Source: Actinomycetota bacterium (GTDB lineage Bacteria > Actinomycetota > Actinomycetes > S36-B12 > UBA5976). Taken from it: DNA of 24,054 nt. Location: NCBI GenBank assembly GCA_041170125.1, contig JBEAZM010000016.1, positions 1 to 24,054 on the forward strand, given 5' to 3'. Of the stretch, positions 18,102 to 24,054 are shown one piece after another (within the stretch, counting starts at the first letter, position 1; every line of letters starts with the position of its first letter). Below the pieces are notes generated by a model. The model saw only the letters and a program-made list of their open reading frames with translations, did no database searches and was not told where the DNA came from. The position numbers were made by a program, and so were the translations under genes.

Positions 18102-19318
18102 GCGGAATTGCCCATCCGCTTGAGTGGATCCAAAAACGAGTACCACTCCTGCGCGATCTGCCAATAGAAATCACTGCCCTGAGTTTGATTGCGTTTTTTG
18201 TTGCACTCGGATTCGGGATTGTGGCCCCAGTCATCCCAACTTTCGCAAGCACATTTGGGGTAACCGCTTTTATGGCGGCGGCTGTGATTTCAGCTTTCGC
18301 CTTCACTCGCTTGATTGCGGCCCCACCAGCTGGCTGGCTGGTTAATCGAATTGGTGAGCGTCGAGTGTTGACGAGTGGACTACTAATCGTGTCTGCCAGT
18401 TCGGCTTTAGCTGGCTTGAGTAACGATTACTACCACCTTTTGTTTTGGCGGAGTTTGGGTGGCTTTGGCAGCACCATGTTTACGGTTTCAGCTATGGCTC
18501 TGCTGATCCGTATCGTCCCAGCCGACATGCGAGGTCGAGCTGCGAGTGCCTGGAGCGGTGGTTTCTTGATTGGCGGCCTAGCTGGTCCAGCGGTTGGTGG
18601 CATTTTTGTGAGCTGGTCACTGCGATCACCATTTTTCATTTATGCGCTGACCCTGCTTGGGGCAAGTCTTGTGAGTTGGAAGTACCTCAATAAAGCGCAC
18701 CTGCTGGAAAATGTCGTGGCCACTTCCGACGAGAAATTCGGATTCCGAAAAGTTTTGACATCTTTGCCGTACTTAACTGCGCTCGGAACTAACTTCAATG
18801 TCGGGCTCGTGCGATTTGGAATTCTTAATGCATTAGTTCCGCTATTGATTGTTAAAGAACTTGGCGCTCCCCCGGTTTATGCAAGTTTGGCGTTCTTAGC
18901 CAGTTCAGTGGCTCAAGCAAGTCTGCTGGTTTTCGCCGGCAAAACCACAGATCTACGCGGCCGCCGCATAAGTCTCATAGTCGGAAATGGCTTAACAGTT
19001 GTTGGCATGTTGCTGCTTGCCCAAGCATCAATCACGCTCGTGATTGTGCTCGCAATGATTGTGCTTGGAGTGGCCGGCAGCTTCTTAAGTAGTGCCCCGA
19101 CAGCGGTTGTTGGAGATGTCACATCTGGCCAAAAAAGTGGTGCTGCAATCAGCGCTTACCAGATGGCAGCTGATTTTGGAGCGATTTTTGGACCGCTGAT
19201 TGGTGGCTTACTCCTTGACCTCAGCAACGGGTACACGCTTCCATTCAACTTCGCCGCGATTTTAACTTTAGTATTTGTCGGCATGAGCTTGATGATGAAA
19301 GAGACTAGGAAAAATTAA
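18098..19318 (+). CDS. MFS transporter (DHA1-like)
   Basis: 406 aa, 12 TM pattern with GWLVNRIGERR and GKTTDLRGRR MFS motifs. GTGA overlap with greA. Confidence 0.9.
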   Translation: MSGIAHPLEWIQKRVPLLRDLPIEITALSLIAFFVALGFGIVAPVIPTFASTFGVTAFMAAAVISAFAFTRLIAAPPAGWLVNRIGERRVLTSGLLIVSASSALAGLSNDYYHLLFWRSLGGFGSTMFTVSAMALLIRIVPADMRGRAASAWSGGFLIGGLAGPAVGGIFVSWSLRSPFFIYALTLLGASLVSWKYLNKAHLLENVVATSDEKFGFRKVLTSLPYLTALGTNFNVGLVRFGILNALVPLLIVKELGAPPVYASLAFLASSVAQASLLVFAGKTTDLRGRRISLIVGNGLTVVGMLLLAQASITLVIVLAMIVLGVAGSFLSSAPTAVVGDVTSGQKSGAAISAYQMAADFGAIFGPLIGGLLLDLSNGYTLPFNFAAILTLVFVGMSLMMKETRKN

Positions 19319-19815
19319 TGGATTTCAACCAAGCAATCACATCTGCTTACCGTAACTATTTGAATCCGCGCGGTCGCGCTGGCCGGAAGGCTTACTGGTA
19401 TTTCGTTCTTTTTGAGATCTTGCTCATGATTCTCATCACAGTAGGTGCAACCATCATTGCAGTAAACCTTGCGCCAAGCGGGGCTGCTTCGAACCCTGAA
19501 CTTGCAGAAGGACTTACTGCACTTGCCACCCTGGTGGTTGTGTTTATTTATGTTTTTGGATTTGGCATACCGACACTGATGTTGATGGTGCGACGCTTTC
19601 ACGATGTTGGATTGAGCGGTATTTACGTATTCATAGTTTTCATGTCGGGTGTGGGTGCGCGGATTTACTCTGACTACCTAGTGGGAACTGGCGCCACAAC
19701 GCAAAGTGATTTGTACCTTGGCCTCGCAAATATTGTGAGTTTGGCAGCCCTGGTGGTGACGCTTTGGCCATCCCAGGCTGGCCCAAACAAGTACGGCAGT
19801 CCGGACGTCAGCTAG
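19318..19815 (+). CDS. DUF805 domain membrane protein
   Basis: NYLNPRGRAGRKAYWYF, VRRFHDVGLSG and a C-terminal GPNKYG. TAATG coupling to the MFS gene. Confidence 0.92.
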   Translation: MDFNQAITSAYRNYLNPRGRAGRKAYWYFVLFEILLMILITVGATIIAVNLAPSGAASNPELAEGLTALATLVVVFIYVFGFGIPTLMLMVRRFHDVGLSGIYVFIVFMSGVGARIYSDYLVGTGATTQSDLYLGLANIVSLAALVVTLWPSQAGPNKYGSPDVS

Positions 19816-20740
19816 TCATGCGCTGATAGAGATCAGCAGCGATACCATCCAGAATATCGTGCTCGCTAACTAGCAGGTTCTCTTGTGGTAGTGCAGCTAT
19901 ACATTGTTTCAGTACGAGTGCGCCTGCCCCAATCACATCAATTCGTCCAGGATGCATAAAAGGCAATTCGCTGCGCTGGGACCGAGTCATGTGGAGTAGT
20001 CGATCGCAAGCAGAAATAATTTGCTCCCGCGACAAACGCGTACCGTGAATTTGGTTTCGGTCATACTTTGGCAGGCCCAACGCCATGGCAGCAACTGTGG
20101 TGACAGAACCTGCTAAGCCAATCACTTCAACCGCTTGTCCTGCAGGCACGACAGCAAGTGCCGCCGCGATTGCAGAATCTATATCAGCGGTAGCTGCTTC
20201 AATCTCAGCACCACTTGGTGGATCAGTCTGTAAATGCCGTTCAGTCATGCGAACACAACCGATGTTGACCGAACGAGCTGAAGCGGGCGAATCTTGACCA
20301 ATAACGAACTCGGTTGAACCGCCACCAATGTCAATTACAAGAAATGGACCAGTAGCACCTTTTGCCAAGAGCTCGGAGGTCGCTCCCAGAAAAGAAAGTC
20401 TGGCTTCTTCGTCACCCGAAATGATTTCGGGCTGCACGCCTAAACGACTTGCAACACCAGCTTCAAACACCGCGCGGTTTTTAGCATCGCGACTTGCAGA
20501 GGTTGCAACAAAACGAATGCCATCAATCTCATAGTTGGAAAGAATTTTCACGAAATCGTCGATTGCAGCAAAGGTCCGCTCTAATGCCGCGGCACTAAAC
20601 TCACCTGTCTGATCAATGCCTTCACCAAGCCGAACAATCACCATTCGGCGATCGAGTTCCCGAACTCCAGATTCTGTGTGCTCAACAATTAAAAGCCGAA
20701 TCGAGTTTGTCCCACAATCAATCGCTGCAATGCGACTCAT
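19808..20740 (-). CDS. ppx: Ppx/GppA family exopolyphosphatase
   Basis: AAIDCGTNSIRL, ATSASRDA, EEARLSF, DIGGGSTE, HDILDG. Follows DUF501. Confidence 0.95.
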   Translation of the reverse strand: MSRIAAIDCGTNSIRLLIVEHTESGVRELDRRMVIVRLGEGIDQTGEFSAAALERTFAAIDDFVKILSNYEIDGIRFVATSASRDAKNRAVFEAGVASRLGVQPEIISGDEEARLSFLGATSELLAKGATGPFLVIDIGGGSTEFVIGQDSPASARSVNIGCVRMTERHLQTDPPSGAEIEAATADIDSAIAAALAVVPAGQAVEVIGLAGSVTTVAAMALGLPKYDRNQIHGTRLSREQIISACDRLLHMTRSQRSELPFMHPGRIDVIGAGALVLKQCIAALPQENLLVSEHDILDGIAADLYQRMTS

Positions 20741-21243
20741 AAATCTCCCTCGCTGCAGTTTGCTTCCCAGTCTCCGAGCTTTGCAATCGTCAAATCTCCC
20801 AGCGGATTCACGCCTGGTCCTTTAGCTAATGAATGTGCGACGAGTACGTGTAGGCATTTAACTCGATTTGGCATTCCACCAGCGCTAATTCCTTCGATCT
20901 CCGCGACTTCACCAAGCGCATAGCGATCAGCGAGGTAAGACTCGTGAGCTGCCTGATACTGCGCTGCAATTTCGCTATCAGTGGCGAGCAACTCCTCTAA
21001 TTCCCGCATGTAGCCATCAGCTTCAAGCGTGCCCAGCGCACTGCTGAGTCGTGGGCAAGTTAGGTAGTAAGTTGTGGGGAACGGAGTGCCATCTGGTAAG
21101 CGAGGCAATGTTTTGATGACATTGGGTTCACCGCAGCGACACCGACTCACAACCTCCACTGCGCCGCGCACAGGTCGACCCAACTGCCGTTCCATAGCAG
21201 CGAGATCTGCCGCAGAGATTGAAGGTGAGTTTTGGGAAAGCAC
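20737..21243 (-). CDS. DUF501 domain-containing protein
   Basis: QLGRPVRG, PRLPDGTPFPTTYYLTCP and GGMPNRVKCLH. Confidence 0.93.
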   Translation of the reverse strand: MLSQNSPSISAADLAAMERQLGRPVRGAVEVVSRCRCGEPNVIKTLPRLPDGTPFPTTYYLTCPRLSSALGTLEADGYMRELEELLATDSEIAAQYQAAHESYLADRYALGEVAEIEGISAGGMPNRVKCLHVLVAHSLAKGPGVNPLGDLTIAKLGDWEANCSEGDL

Positions 21244-21244
21244 G

Positions 21245-21682
21245 TTAGTCCTTTAAATTCGCGGTATCACTAGCAGTTTCCAGCGACTCAAAAACGGTTT
21301 CAAACCAAGGCTCTGGTGGAATCGGTGAGCCAAGTTTGTATTGCACCGCTGCTGGCACGTCTTCCGACCCGAGCACGATATACCCCACTTCGTCGGGCAT
21401 CACATACGCCATTCGTTGCCGGACTTGGGCAATTACATAAGCCGGGTCATCCCAACGTTCGCGTTCGATTCTCAGTGTCTTAATGACATCCTCATAGTCA
21501 GCTAACTCGGTTTCAAGCTGATTGATCTGGAAGTTCTGGGCCACAAATTGTCTTAGCGGCACCCCAACAATTCCCAGGGCAATGACTACGAATAGTACGA
21601 AAATGAAAAATCGACCATTGAGCAAATTAATAATGTTGCGGCGGTTAGCCGAAGTTGATTCGTCTAACCGCCGCTTGATCAT
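21245..21682 (-). CDS. Septum formation initiator (FtsB/DivIC family)
   Basis: TM, then coiled coil, then WDDPAYVIAQVRQRMAYVMPDE. Located between eno and DUF501. Confidence 0.88.
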   Translation of the reverse strand: MIKRRLDESTSANRRNIINLLNGRFFIFVLFVVIALGIVGVPLRQFVAQNFQINQLETELADYEDVIKTLRIERERWDDPAYVIAQVRQRMAYVMPDEVGYIVLGSEDVPAAVQYKLGSPIPPEPWFETVFESLETASDTANLKD

Positions 21683-21693
21683 ATTAAGAGATG

Positions 21694-23740
<2,047 letters not shown>

Positions 23741-23746
23741 TGTGCT

Positions 23747-24054
23747 CTACTCAGCTGGGGTTTCGAGCAAATCAAGGTCGTAGACCACGTCACTGTTTGC
23801 TGAGGTGACGGCCAAAGCTCCCATATCCCAAACACCATAGCGGCTGGCAATATCGATTCCGTACTCGTCCACAATCGCACTGATCATTCCAGCCAACATA
23901 TCGACAGTGGCCTCGTCCTCTGGGTCGCCGAGAGAGGCGATTGAGTTATTGAAGTTCAACTGAGACTCAAGATATTTGCGCAAGTAACTCGGTGCGATAT
24001 TAGAGAGAGCAGCACTTTGGGCAAGATTGTTTTCGCCACCTTGGCTCTGCACCA
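23747..24054 (-). CDS. C-terminal part of a SurA-N-terminal-like or hypothetical exported protein (5' end outside the window)
   Basis: Frame is open to the window edge. The RYGVWD motif and the position upstream of mazG resemble the protein commonly found between mfd and mazG. Confidence 0.55.
   Translation of the reverse strand, partial: VQSQGGENNLAQSAALSNIAPSYLRKYLESQLNFNNSIASLGDPEDEATVDMLAGMISAIVDEYGIDIASRYGVWDMGALAVTSANSDVVYDLDLLETPAE

Overview
Tightly packed chromosomal region of an actinobacterium (GC roughly 50% by eye, minimal intergenic space, consistent with a streamlined lineage). Two recognisable housekeeping blocks flank a less conventional middle segment. Left block, all on the minus strand in descending coordinates: Z-prenyltransferase, PIN-PhoH (PhoH2), secreted lytic transglycosylase, M23 peptidase, sucC, sucD, DUF6350/PerM-like protein and a truncated CPA2 antiporter. 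Right block: truncated SurA-like protein, mazG, eno, ftsB/divIC, DUF501 and ppx (minus strand), converging on DUF4307, greA, MFS and DUF805 (plus strand). The middle (about 7.8-16.8 kb) holds an amidase, EamA, MmpL, GNAT, LysE, a CsoR/CstR-family repressor, a CoA-disulfide reductase-rhodanese fusion, DUF3817 and SURF1. The best candidate for an uncharacterised system is a CstR-like module. Its repressor has two Cys but no Cu-binding His, and there are two C/G-tract operators: one in the promoter it shares with the reductase and one directly over the promoter of a lysE-GNAT operon. The rhodanese domain of the reductase has Asp in place of the catalytic Cys. The mca gene is missing from its usual position next to DUF4307. 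No tRNA, rRNA, CRISPR array or mobile element was seen. All family calls come from motif recognition and remembered gene order; no database search was run.
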